From an uncultured Acidobacteriaceae bacterium (lineage in GTDB: Bacteria; Acidobacteriota; Terriglobia; Terriglobales; Acidobacteriaceae): a stretch of DNA of 64,000 nt. Numbering within the stretch: the first letter of the stretch is position 1; the number at the start of each line of letters is the position of its first letter. The stretch is from NCBI GenBank assembly GCA_963822545.1, contig CAWGIB010000006.1, positions 565,428 through 629,427 of the forward strand, given 5' to 3'. Shown one piece after another: positions 46,435 through 55,768 of this stretch. A program made the translations under genes and the position numbers. The notes below the pieces were generated by a model. The model was not told where the DNA came from. It searched no databases and saw only the letters and a list, made by a program, of their open reading frames with translations.

Positions 46435-47489
46435 ACGACATGCGAGCGGAATCTTCACTCTTCACAACCGGCGCGAAACCTCCAGTTGCTGGTATTTCGC
46501 TCGGGCTTGGGCTCACCAACGAGTGCAATCTTTCATGTGCCTTTTGTTACCGGGATCCAGTCCGCACCGATCGCCTCTCTCTGGATCAAGTGAAGTCGGT
46601 CATGGAACGACTGCCGATCCGTTCGGTGAATCTTGGTACCGGCGAGAACGGCATGCATCCGGAGTTCAAAGCGATATTGGGTTACCTGCAAACGCAACCG
46701 ATCAAACTCACTATCACTTCGAACGGCCACAGCGCTGCAGTTTTAGAAGACAAAGAGCTGCGCGCTTTTCACGATATTGAGTTTTCTCTCGATTACCCGA
46801 CACAAGCCGAACAGGACGCGCAGCGCGGAAACGGCAATTGGGAACTGATCCAACAGCAAGCGGAACGCTGCGTGAGACTCGGCGTGCCGGTCACCATCAT
46901 TTCGGTCATGATGAAAGCGAACTATTTGCGTCTGGCCGATGTGGCGCGAGTGGCCAAGGGTTTTGACGCGCCATTACGCGTGAATGTGTATCAGGCGGTT
47001 CGATCCGACATCTATGCACTCTCCTACGAAGAATACTGGGAGGGATTCCGTCGCCTGTTTGCGGAGACCGACGTCATCGCTATTGGCGAGCCGCTGGTGC
47101 GAGCTATGGCGGGTCTACCGCCGCTCTGGGGAGGATGTGGAGTTAGCACTGTGAGGGTCACTCCGCGGGCTACGACACAGCCCTGCGTGTACTGGCCGGG
47201 ATCGGGCGAGCCGCTGGCGAATTTGATTTCGGCGGGAGTTGAGGTTCTCGACTCCGCGCCGTTCGACCAATGCCGCACGCTCCCCGAAGCTTGCCAGCCT
47301 TGCGAATTCCGGGACTCGTGCCATGGCGGTTGTGCCGGACGCCGACGCTTGCAAGGTGCTCTGCTGGAGCCTGACTATTACTGCCCGATCATTCGCGGGG
47401 AGCGGCCGCGCCTCGAAATCCGCATGGCCGCTACCCGCGATCTGCCCAAGATGAGCAGTTCCTGCACTACTGTAGTAATCGCCCGATAA
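46431..47489 (+). CDS. radical SAM protein with C-terminal SPASM-type cysteine cluster
   Basis: CNLSCAFC (Cx3Cx2C). C-terminus GGCGVSTVRVTPRATTQPCVYWPG and CQPCEFRDSCHGGCAGRR. The GTG start overlaps the methyltransferase stop (GTGA), with AAGGAGG 7 nt upstream. Confidence 0.85.
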   Translation: MNDMRAESSLFTTGAKPPVAGISLGLGLTNECNLSCAFCYRDPVRTDRLSLDQVKSVMERLPIRSVNLGTGENGMHPEFKAILGYLQTQPIKLTITSNGHSAAVLEDKELRAFHDIEFSLDYPTQAEQDAQRGNGNWELIQQQAERCVRLGVPVTIISVMMKANYLRLADVARVAKGFDAPLRVNVYQAVRSDIYALSYEEYWEGFRRLFAETDVIAIGEPLVRAMAGLPPLWGGCGVSTVRVTPRATTQPCVYWPGSGEPLANLISAGVEVLDSAPFDQCRTLPEACQPCEFRDSCHGGCAGRRRLQGALLEPDYYCPIIRGERPRLEIRMAATRDLPKMSSSCTTVVIAR

Positions 47490-47501
47490 GACGCGTCTGC
47501 T

Positions 47502-48230
47502 TATTTCGCGTCCATCCAGGTATCTGACCCCGTCAGCTTCACTGCCACGTCCGTAATGGAGATGTGCAGGGGCTTGCCGTCGGCGGTGCCGCGGTGCTCG
47601 GTTGAGACTAGTAGAGGACCTGCCTTCTTGTAGCCTGCCCACGTTGCTTTGACGAGGCTCGGCTTCTTGTCCCCGCCGTGGTGGAAGACGAGGTACTCGA
47701 CGCGGTTGTCTTTGCCGACGTAGAGGTCCCAGGTGTCGCCGGGCGTGTAGCCGCCGGCTCCGCGCCATACTTCACCGAGACCAGCTCGCTGAGCCGGCGC
47801 CCGTCTGGCAGTTTCTTCATCCCTTCATCGGTCACGGTGGCGCTGGTGTCCCAGTAGGCATGTAACGGGAACAGGAGCCAATAATTATCGTTGATGAAAG
47901 CCGGCATCAGTTTGCTTCTTCGGTGTCGTCGTTGAGTTCGGAGCGCATGTAGGTAACCTTGACCGGCTTACCGTCTTTATCTTTCCCCTCAAAAGAGACC
48001 TTGCCGGTTTTGGGCTCCCACTCCCACGTGCGAGAAAGTTTGAAGAGTCCGGTGATTTCCCCGTTCCAGGTGTAGCGGATCGCATCAATTTGCCCGAACG
48101 AATCGAGACCATAAGTCTTGGCGATCTGTTCGAGAATGGGCGGGCGCGTCTGCGCCCAGGAGGTTGCGGCAAGGGCCAGCACTCCGCAAAGCAGAAGACC
48201 CATGATGGTTAAACGGCGGGCATTTCTCAT
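47502..48230 (-). pseudogene. secreted DUF6503-like protein, about 2 frameshifts
   Basis: Signal peptide MRNARRLTIMGLLLCGVLALAATSWA (frame 47907-48296). Then MPAFINDNYWLLFPLHAYWD (47608-47907). Then a third frame ...GYTPGDTWDLYVGKDNRVEYLVFHHGGDKKPSLVKATWAGYKKAGPLLVSTEHRG...TWMDAK*. The total of about 243 codons fits one gene. Confidence 0.6.
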
Positions 48231-48412
48231 AGAGTTCACTCCTCGGTGAATTGAACGGATGCCGTGTTGGATGATGGTGCGAGCTTCGGGATACACGATT
48301 CGCGAGTTGGCACAGTGCTCTTCGACCGCCCTACGGATTCACAGCGATTGCCGCGAATTATACAACGCGGGTTTGGTTCTCGGCATTTGGCGAACGCACC
48401 ATCTACTCCGTC

Positions 48413-49756
48413 GAAGGTTGTTCCGCGGACTGCCGCGGTACCGCCGGTAGTCGCAACCGCCGGAGCCCGAGAATCGCGGCAGCCAGCGCCACAGATCCAT
48501 ATTCCAGAACCATGATCCATCCCGGAAGCCAGCCACGGACGGCCAAGCGTGCGCAAATGCCACACGTAGTAAGTTGGGATGATGCTCACCGTCCAAATGA
48601 TGATCGGGACCGACGAGGCCGAGCGGACAAACGGCAGCAGCCAGAGAAGGTACCAGGGATATACAACCGGCGCACATAGGAGGGATGCGGCCATCGGCCA
48701 CGCGAATGCTTCAGGCGAGAATGTCCCGGCCTGGCGTCTCAGCCAGATTGCGACAAGAAATCCCGCGAGCGCGGCCACGCCCAGCGGCAAGCTGCGGCGC
48801 CGCCAGTCTCTCGAGCGCTGCGAACACCGGATCATTGAAGCGGAAACTCCGCAAGTAAGTGCCAAGCGAGCCAGTGGGAATTCGTCCATGGTTCAGGAAC
48901 GGCGTATAGAGAAGTCCAAACACAGCGGCTGCAAGCGAGGCCGTCGCGGGTGCGAACGCGTTTCCAGTAGAGCGGCAGTAGAACGATCGGGAGAAATTTA
49001 ACCGCGACCGCCAGCCCAAATGCTACCGCCGCCACCTCGCGCCAGCGCCGACCGAGCGCGGCGGCGGAAATCAATAGCAGCAACACACCGACGATATCGA
49101 TGTGACCGCTGCCTGCCACGTCGGTCGCCAGCAGTGGATGCCAGGCATAAGCCAGGATCCAGTGCGCTCCTTGCCCGGTGCTACGCAAGATCTCGATGAG
49201 AACGAGAACTATTGCCAAATCGCAAAATACAAAAGCTACCTTTCAGCGAAAAAAGAGACTCATGAATCCCGGTGACGGCGCGGAAGAAGATCTGTGCGCC
49301 CGGCGGATATGGGCTGGGTAAATCCGGATTGTTAAGCGAGCGCGTTTCCGGTATATGCAATCCACGGAACGAAGGATCGCTCGGGACCACGAGATAGGGG
49401 TTGTAGCCGAGCCGCTGCAAGCGGCCATCCCAAAGATATCGGTGAATGTCGTCATCGGGCCCCGGCGGCGACAGAAGAAACGGGATACGGCACAGGGCAG
49501 CCAGTACCAGCCCGATGACTATTACCCGCCGCGGAAATTTTGGGGTAGCGAAAAGCTCGCGAACGGACAGGAGATATGCAACGACGGCAATGCCCAGCGG
49601 AAAGATAAAGGACGGTCCGCCCATGCGGCTGAAGTTGCGTGCGCAAACCGTCAGCGCCACGAGTAAGACGGCGCCGAGCAGGTAAAGCCTGCCTGCCGGG
49701 GTGAACTTCAAAGGCCTACCGTGCCTGTCCGCAACTGCGCCACGGTCGGCGCCCAC
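48413..49756 (-). pseudogene. polytopic glycosyltransferase, GT87/DUF2029-like, at least 4 frameshifts
   Basis: Collinear membrane-protein sequence is spread over ORFs 49181-49756, 48832-49218, 48711-49019 and 48236-48889. A final frame ends ...GWIMVLEYGSVALAAAILGLRRL...PSTE* at 48413. Contains DDDIHRYLWDGR and YPPGAQ motifs. Confidence 0.6.
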
Positions 49757-50439
49757 TGTTTTAACCAGACCGCGGTTCGTGGCGCCCGGGCGGGAGCGAG
49801 TTCGAGTTCCGTGGCGAGCCGAGTCAGGTCGCCAGCCACGTCGATGTCATAGAACGGATCGGTGAAGCCAACTGAGAGATCCAACCCGCGCGCGCGCGCC
49901 AACAAGGCCTCAAGCGCGCTATTGGTACCCATGCTATCTCGATCGAAAAGCCCTTCATGAGGAGCCTTTGCTCCTACGAGGTAATACCCGCCATCGTGGG
50001 TCGGTCCTATAACCACGTCGTGCCCGGCGAGCTCCTCGAACGCGCCTTCGAGAATCGACGTCGGCAGATGCGGGCTGTCGCTGTTGAAGGCAACGACGCG
50101 TTTTTGGCCGACGGCTGAGAAGTGCGCAAAGACCGAATTGAGCCCCGCCGCAAGGCCCTGTCCTTTCTGCGCCACTACGCCCGACACACTTGGCGCCAAC
50201 CGCGTAAGTTCTTCGACATCCGGGGCCGGACACATAATGGCTACGTCAACCATTTTTACGGAGTGCGCCAGCGCAATGGTGTCCTTCAAGAGACAGCGAT
50301 AGAGTTCAGTGACCGCCGCAACTGGAAGGCTCGGAGATAAACGCGTTTTGACCATCCCAGGCGTCGGTGCCTTTGCCATAATCACCAGCGTTCGCTTGTC
50401 GTTTGACGAAGGGGCCGTATTTACGCGAGAGGATTCCAT
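49708..50439 (-). CDS. DUF2064 family (TIGR04282-type) glycosyltransferase-like protein
   Basis: LVIMAKAPTPGMVKTRLSP, QKGQGLAAGL, AFNSDSPHLP, GPTHDGGYYLVG is the hallmark DUF2064 pattern. Confidence 0.85.
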   Translation of the reverse strand: MESSRVNTAPSSNDKRTLVIMAKAPTPGMVKTRLSPSLPVAAVTELYRCLLKDTIALAHSVKMVDVAIMCPAPDVEELTRLAPSVSGVVAQKGQGLAAGLNSVFAHFSAVGQKRVVAFNSDSPHLPTSILEGAFEELAGHDVVIGPTHDGGYYLVGAKAPHEGLFDRDSMGTNSALEALLARARGLDLSVGFTDPFYDIDVAGDLTRLATELELAPARAPRTAVWLKQWAPTVAQLRTGTVGL

Positions 50440-50458
50440 AGGGATCGGTGCGCCGGAT

Positions 50459-51181
50459 TCACGCCGGCCGGGGATTTGCCCCCGCTCGTTGCCGGAAATA
50501 ATAGCGCACGATAAGCGAGAGGATGAACCATGCCGCCCCTACTGTGCCGCGCAGCGTACCGCTGATCTTGGATTTCCCAATCCGCGGATAATAGCTAACT
50601 GGCACCTCAACGATGCGGGATCCCGCGAGCGTTCCTTTTAGTATTATTTCCACCGCCCATCCATAGGTCGTCTCGTGCAGCTCAAGGCGGCGAAGAACAT
50701 CTGCTCGTCCAGCGCGGAATGGTCCGAGGTCGCTTATCTTCACACGGTACAAGAGCCGGATCAGGAAAGCCGCCAGGTGATTGCCAAAGGCGGCATGCCA
50801 GGGCAGCGCGCCCGGAATGCTCTGCTTTCCGAGGCGCGAACCGATTGTGATATCTGCGCGTCCCTCGAGGATTGGTGCGAGGAGGAGTGGCAGTTCAGCC
50901 GGTCGGTCGCTGTAATCGCCGTCAAGGAATACCACAATGTCAGGGCTGCGGGCTTCAGCCAATCCCGTCAAGCAGGCGCGACCATATCCGCGACGAGGCT
51001 CGCGGAGGATACGGGCCCCCATTTTGGCAGCAATCTCGGGAGTCCCGTCGCTTGAATTGCTGTCTACGACTAAGACCTCCGTAACAATGCCGGCGGGAAG
51101 GTCAGCTAAAACGCGGCCGATGGACTGCGCTTCATTATGAGTAGGAATGATAACTGAGACTCGTACCTGGCCGGGACTCAA
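50459..51181 (-). CDS. family 2 glycosyltransferase (DPM1/polyprenol-phosphate sugar transferase-like)
   Basis: VSVIIPTHNEAQSI, VVDSNSSDGT, FLDGDYSD. Has a C-terminal TM helix. A TTG start at 51181 directly abuts the DoxX stop; the ORF is open to 51241. Confidence 0.85.
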   Translation of the reverse strand: MSPGQVRVSVIIPTHNEAQSIGRVLADLPAGIVTEVLVVDSNSSDGTPEIAAKMGARILREPRRGYGRACLTGLAEARSPDIVVFLDGDYSDRPAELPLLLAPILEGRADITIGSRLGKQSIPGALPWHAAFGNHLAAFLIRLLYRVKISDLGPFRAGRADVLRRLELHETTYGWAVEIILKGTLAGSRIVEVPVSYYPRIGKSKISGTLRGTVGAAWFILSLIVRYYFRQRAGANPRPA

Positions 51182-51182
51182 C

Positions 51183-51677
51183 TTACCACCATGGCGAGGA
51201 TGGCCAGCGCCGCGCAAGCAAGGCGTCCACGCCCCACGCACGGCCGGCGCGCCCTACCGTGAGCGAAAGCGCTGCCATCACCGAAACCAACAACTCCCAG
51301 ATCCACGACGTGCCCCATTCAGAAACCCAAAGGCTGCCCAGGTACAGGAACGCTATGAAGGCAGCAGGGCGCGTCAAAAGGCCAATGACCAGCAGGATTC
51401 CGAGACCGATCTCAGTCACGGCCTGCATCGGAGCGGCCATTGCGGCGTGACTCGCCGCCAAACCCATCACTGCCTTCCACACGGCCGGCGAGTGACTCGC
51501 CTTTATGTAGTAGTTGATGAGGCCTGCATAGCCCGCTGGCGTGTAGAGGCCTTTCCCCAGATTCTCGAAGAAGACCCACACCAGCATCGCTCCGATGGTG
51601 ACACGAACTATTGCCAGCCCATTTGCGGCGGCTGGTCGGGTTGCCGCATTTTGCGTTGGGCTTGCGTTCAACGTCAT
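51183..51677 (-). CDS. DoxX/DoxD-like membrane protein
   Basis: Four hydrophobic helices (LAIVRVTIGAMLVWVFF, AVTEIGLGILLVIGLLTRPAAFIAFLYL). GAGG SD lies before the ATG at 51677. Confidence 0.7.
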   Translation of the reverse strand: MTLNASPTQNAATRPAAANGLAIVRVTIGAMLVWVFFENLGKGLYTPAGYAGLINYYIKASHSPAVWKAVMGLAASHAAMAAPMQAVTEIGLGILLVIGLLTRPAAFIAFLYLGSLWVSEWGTSWIWELLVSVMAALSLTVGRAGRAWGVDALLARRWPSSPWW

Positions 51678-52109
51678 CGTAAACCTCGTACCCAATGGAT
51701 GCCGTGCCAGTCTGCTTCGGGAAAAAAGGGATTGGACATCTTAAGCAATTCTTCCCGTTCTTGCTAGTCGAAAGGCAAGTGGTTCTGCAGGGCATAGTCG
51801 GTAACGACAATCGCGTTCGTGACGACGCAACTGTCAATCTCTATTGATTTGCCAGAAACGGGCTTCTGGGAAGTTGGCCGGATTAGTAACGACAAGTCGG
51901 CTAGGCTGGAGACAAAATCCTGGATGCTTGCTCGTTTCCCATTACCTAGGTTGTGAAACTTCCTGAAGCAGACTTCTGGACAACTTCAGGCGGTCTGGCC
52001 GAAATCACGGATGCGACCTAGTTTCCGCCTCCAGATGACTTCAGGTTTGCCCGTCGCCTAGGAGCCACTGCCAAAGGTTCGTGCGCACTTCAGATCCCGT
52101 CGAAATGGT

Positions 52110-52640
52110 TCACCGTCCACGGCTCGTCTTGTCAGGCGTTGCGGAGCAATTGCTGTCGCAGGAAGGCGCCGACATCGTCAAGCGCCTGTTGAGCCGCAGA
52201 ATGAGGTTGGAGGGGAAGACATGAACCATGCCCTCCCACGTATGGACCTCTACAGTCCCTCCCGCAGCCTCAAGGGACTCACCGTAGCGAATTGAATCGT
52301 CGAGGAGAACTTCGTCTTCCCCCACGTGAATCCGGACCGGCGGAAGCCCAGCCAAGTCGGCATACACAGGCGATGCTAGGGGGTCGTGCGGATCGTGCGT
52401 ACCGAGATAGAGCCGCGCCGTGGTTGCCAGTGAGTCCCTGGTCATGAGAGGGTCTGCCTCTGCCCGCGTTTTCATGCTTTCGCCCGACAGTGCCAGGTCC
52501 GCCCAAGGCGACATCACGGCTGCGGCGGCAGGACGCAGCCCGGATACGTCTCGTGCTTGGGCAACTAATAAGGAGAGAAGTGAAAGCGCGAGGCCGCCTC
52601 CGGCGGAATCACCCACCAACGCAATTGTGTCAAGTTCAAC
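52110..52640 (-). pseudogene. C-terminal remnant of an alpha/beta-hydrolase (hormone-sensitive-lipase-type esterase)
   Basis: GDSAGGGLALSL nucleophile elbow; ...DPL..P.YADL.GLPPV.IHVGEDEVLLDD...H.W.GM.HVF. The about 100-aa N-terminal part with the HGGG motif has no room before the htrA stop at 52752. Confidence 0.65.
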
Positions 52641-52751
52641 CCGCTGGTTTCCAGCAGGTCACTCCCGATAAACGAAGAGGCTCAAGATTATTCCAAGTCA
52701 AATGCCAGCCACTGCAATCCTCCTGCTCGTTCCACTTGCAGGACGACCGGA

Positions 52752-54236
52752 TCATGCGGCTTGATTTGCCTCATGGCCGCACGAAGAGAACTCAGACGAA
52801 TCGATCGATGACTGGTTGACGCTGTGAATCACGTCTCCAGTCTGTAAGCCGGTGGTGGAACTCATAAAATCCGCGACTCGTGCGACCACGATCACGCCGG
52901 AGGGAGTGCGCAGGGGACCGACTAGCGTTCGCAAGTCATCCGTCAGGTCGAGCCCCAGGATTCCCAGCCGCGAGATCAGATTGTCTCGGGAATTGGCGAG
53001 ATCGGGCAGGGCATCCATGGGATCTTTCATTTCGAGGACGGGGATGAAGAGCGTCTTATGTTCGGTACCGCGAAGAACTTCGAGTTTGAGCACTTCATCC
53101 AGAGGATGAAGATACAGAATCGAGGTGAAGGCCGGCAGGGTGCCGATAGGACGATCATCGGCTTTGAGTACGATGTCACCGATCCTGAGGCCGGCGGCTT
53201 CGGCCTGGCCACCGGGAATCACGTCATCGACTACGACGCCCCAATCCTGCGCAAGCCCCAAGCCTTTTGCGAGGCTGGTGGTGATGGTTTGTGCGCCCGC
53301 CTTGATCTCGATGCGATGGACGTGTCCATATTTGCGCAGGCTTTCGTATACGAAACTGACAATTCGAGCCGGGATGGCAAAACCCAGTCCCTCGCTGCCA
53401 CCCGCTTCGGACAATATGAAGGTGTTGATGCCGACCACATAGCCCTCCGAATCGACCAGAGGGCCGCCGCTATTGCCGGGGTTGATCGGAGCATCGGTTT
53501 GAATGTAGACCATCGGGCGGCTCGGGTCCGCTTGCCGGGCAACCGAACTCACCACGCCCATGGTTACAGAGTTCTCCAGCCCTTCAGGACTGCCCATGGC
53601 AAACACGAGTTGACCTTGATGGACGAGGCGGCGGATGCCCAGCGAAAGCGTGGGCAATCCAGTCATCTCAATTTTCAGCAGGGCGAGATCGGTATCCTTG
53701 TGGATGCCGACAATTCGGGCCTCGACGATCCGTTCCTTGCCCGCCGGCACAAGCTGATCGGGAAAGTTTGCCGATGGCACGGAAAGAGCGACGTGGATTC
53801 GCTGCGCGCCCTCGACCACATGTGCATTGGTCATGATGTAGCCATCCGGGTTCACGATCACCCCAGAGCCGATCGCATGCTCTCGGGTGACGAGAGCGGT
53901 CTGCCCGCGATTGCTCTCCCCCAATGCGCCGTAGCCGGTAACGAGCACTTGCACCACGGCCGGCGAGATTCTGGCGGTGAGCTGCTCGATCGCAGAATTA
54001 AGCTGCTGCAGGACTGGAGGCGCTTCCGCGGGGCGCGTTCCAAGTTGCTTTGCCTTGTCAACGGCGGAGTTTGCCGGGTCAGAAAGAACGACCGGCGGGG
54101 CCGGCTTTTCCGGCTGCTGGCTGAAGCCGGGCGCTGCAAAGCAGAGACAACATACGCAGGCGGCAATTCTAAGAAGCAAGGTTTCGAATCGAGGTTCCGA
54201 ACGGCTAGTTGGAAAAACCATCGCGACGCACTCCAT
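52752..54236 (-). CDS. HtrA/DegP-family periplasmic serine protease with two PDZ domains
   Basis: GSGVIVNPDGYIMTNAHVV (His), TDLALLKI (Asp), GNSGGPLVD (Ser). PDZ-like GLRIGDIVLKADDRPI and LQTGDVIHSVN. Confidence 0.92.
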   Translation of the reverse strand: MECVAMVFPTSRSEPRFETLLLRIAACVCCLCFAAPGFSQQPEKPAPPVVLSDPANSAVDKAKQLGTRPAEAPPVLQQLNSAIEQLTARISPAVVQVLVTGYGALGESNRGQTALVTREHAIGSGVIVNPDGYIMTNAHVVEGAQRIHVALSVPSANFPDQLVPAGKERIVEARIVGIHKDTDLALLKIEMTGLPTLSLGIRRLVHQGQLVFAMGSPEGLENSVTMGVVSSVARQADPSRPMVYIQTDAPINPGNSGGPLVDSEGYVVGINTFILSEAGGSEGLGFAIPARIVSFVYESLRKYGHVHRIEIKAGAQTITTSLAKGLGLAQDWGVVVDDVIPGGQAEAAGLRIGDIVLKADDRPIGTLPAFTSILYLHPLDEVLKLEVLRGTEHKTLFIPVLEMKDPMDALPDLANSRDNLISRLGILGLDLTDDLRTLVGPLRTPSGVIVVARVADFMSSTTGLQTGDVIHSVNQSSIDSSEFSSCGHEANQAA

Positions 54237-54423
54237 CGGCGTAGTTCGGCTATTTTAAGACGCATATCAAGGATTGCGCTGAGGCGAATTTTGCCATGTT
54301 CCCAATTTCGGGAGGCGAACCGGAATGTCGGCGCCAGGACGCGTTTGCACCTTCTGTGATCACAGTTAAGACCAGGACAGGCTGAAAACTTTCTCCTGCG
54401 CGCTTGCGGCATCTAAATCTGTC

Positions 54424-55674
54424 ATGGTTGAGACGATTCAAACCCGGTGCTGTATTGCGGGCGGCGGTCCTGCCGGCATGATGCTGGGGTTTCTTCTAGC
54501 GCGGGCGGGGATTGATGTCGTTGTGCTCGAAAAACATCCCGATTTTCTGCGCGATTTTCGGGGAGACACGATTCATCCTTCGACTCTTGAACTGATGTAT
54601 GAACTGGGGCTGCTGGAAGAATTTTTGAAGCGTCCGCACCAGGAGTTGCGCGAGTTGCAAGGAAAAGTTGGTAACGAATCATTTGTGATGGGCGACTTCA
54701 CGCACCTGCCAACTCACTGCAAGTTTCTGGCGCTGATGCCGCAGTGGGACTTTTTGAATTTTGTGGTGGAGCAGGCGCGCGGTTATCCGGCATTTCATTT
54801 GAAGATGGAGGCCGAGGTTACCGATCTGATCGAAGAGGGCGGAAGAGTTGTTGGTGTTCGGGGGAAAAGCGTCGGCGGAATATTTGAGGTGCGCGCCGAT
54901 CTCACGGTCGGAGCGGATGGGCGGCGCTCCGTGGTGCGCGAGCGGGCCCGGCTGAAGGTGATCGATCTGGGCGCGCCGATGGATGTGATGTGGATGCGGT
55001 TGAGCCGCAAGCCCGAGGATGGGGAACAGACGTTCGGGCACGCGGATCAAGGGAAGATTCTCGTAATGCTCAATCGTGACAGTTACTGGCAGTGCGCACT
55101 GGTCATTCCAAAAGGGGCGGCGGATCAGGTGCGGAAGCGCGGCATGACGGCGTTCAGGGAAGAAATTGTTGCGCTGGAGCCATTCCTGCGAGACCGGGTT
55201 GAGGAGTTGCGGGATTGGGATCAGGTCAGCCTTTTGACGGTTGCGGTTGACCGGTTGGCGGAGTGGCACCGGCCTGGACTTCTTTGTATTGGGGATGCGG
55301 CGCACGCGATGTCGCCGATTGGTGGGGTCGGGATCAATCTGGCGATTCAGGATGCGGTGGCGGCGTCGAATATTCTGGCGCCTTCGTTTCGGCGTGGGAA
55401 TCCGTCGGAGGAAGACCTGGATGCTGTGCAGCGTCGCAGAACGTTTCCAACCGTGGCAACACAACGGATGCAGCTTGCAATTCAGAACCGGATTATCCGG
55501 CGCGTGCTCGGGAGCACAAAACCGCTTAAGGTTCCATGGATGCTGAGACTTCTCATCTTCTTCCCTTTTCTTCGGCGGATTCCGGCACGAGTGATCGGCG
55601 TCGGCTTCAGGCCGGAGCATATAAAGGCGGACGCCGGAGAAGGTGGTCCAGGGAACTTGCGCAGCGCGCCTTGA
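54424..55674 (+). CDS. FAD-dependent monooxygenase/oxidoreductase
   Basis: CCIAGGGPAGMMLGFLLARAGIDVVVLEK (GxGxxG); LLCIGDAAHAMSPIGGVGINLAIQDA (GD motif). Confidence 0.9.
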   Translation: MVETIQTRCCIAGGGPAGMMLGFLLARAGIDVVVLEKHPDFLRDFRGDTIHPSTLELMYELGLLEEFLKRPHQELRELQGKVGNESFVMGDFTHLPTHCKFLALMPQWDFLNFVVEQARGYPAFHLKMEAEVTDLIEEGGRVVGVRGKSVGGIFEVRADLTVGADGRRSVVRERARLKVIDLGAPMDVMWMRLSRKPEDGEQTFGHADQGKILVMLNRDSYWQCALVIPKGAADQVRKRGMTAFREEIVALEPFLRDRVEELRDWDQVSLLTVAVDRLAEWHRPGLLCIGDAAHAMSPIGGVGINLAIQDAVAASNILAPSFRRGNPSEEDLDAVQRRRTFPTVATQRMQLAIQNRIIRRVLGSTKPLKVPWMLRLLIFFPFLRRIPARVIGVGFRPEHIKADAGEGGPGNLRSAP

Positions 55675-55768
55675 GCGATTTCTTGATTCCCGTGATTTCC
55701 TTGAAAACCACCGGCATTCTTTGGCCGCGACCTTGCGAACTCTGCTGCGATCTGAGTATTGTTACGAA

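Noticed and set aside
44846-47489. A genomic island integrated at ssrA carrying the MTase-rSAM pair
   Set aside because: I could not find a direct repeat of the tmRNA 3' end (TTCAACTCCCGCCGCCTCCACCA) anywhere downstream. No integrase is present. Apart from the first about 400 nt, the composition looks native. I keep this only as a caveat in the finding.
46431-47489. Identifying the radical SAM as ArsS (arsenosugar biosynthesis) because DUF2064, a GT2 and a methyltransferase are nearby
   Set aside because: The cluster motif CNLSCAFC and the CxxCx5CxGGC SPASM tail do not match the ArsS-type sequence I recall (CN..C.HCH plus a Cys/Sec-rich DUF3641 tail). No arsenic genes are present.
47904-47908. 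The TGATG stop/start overlap, read as evidence for two separate small genes (47907-48230 and 47608-47907)
   Set aside because: The combined about 243 codons form one collinear DUF6503-like protein with a single signal peptide. The second part would lack any export signal, and a further frame change occurs near 47760. One disrupted gene is the simpler reading.
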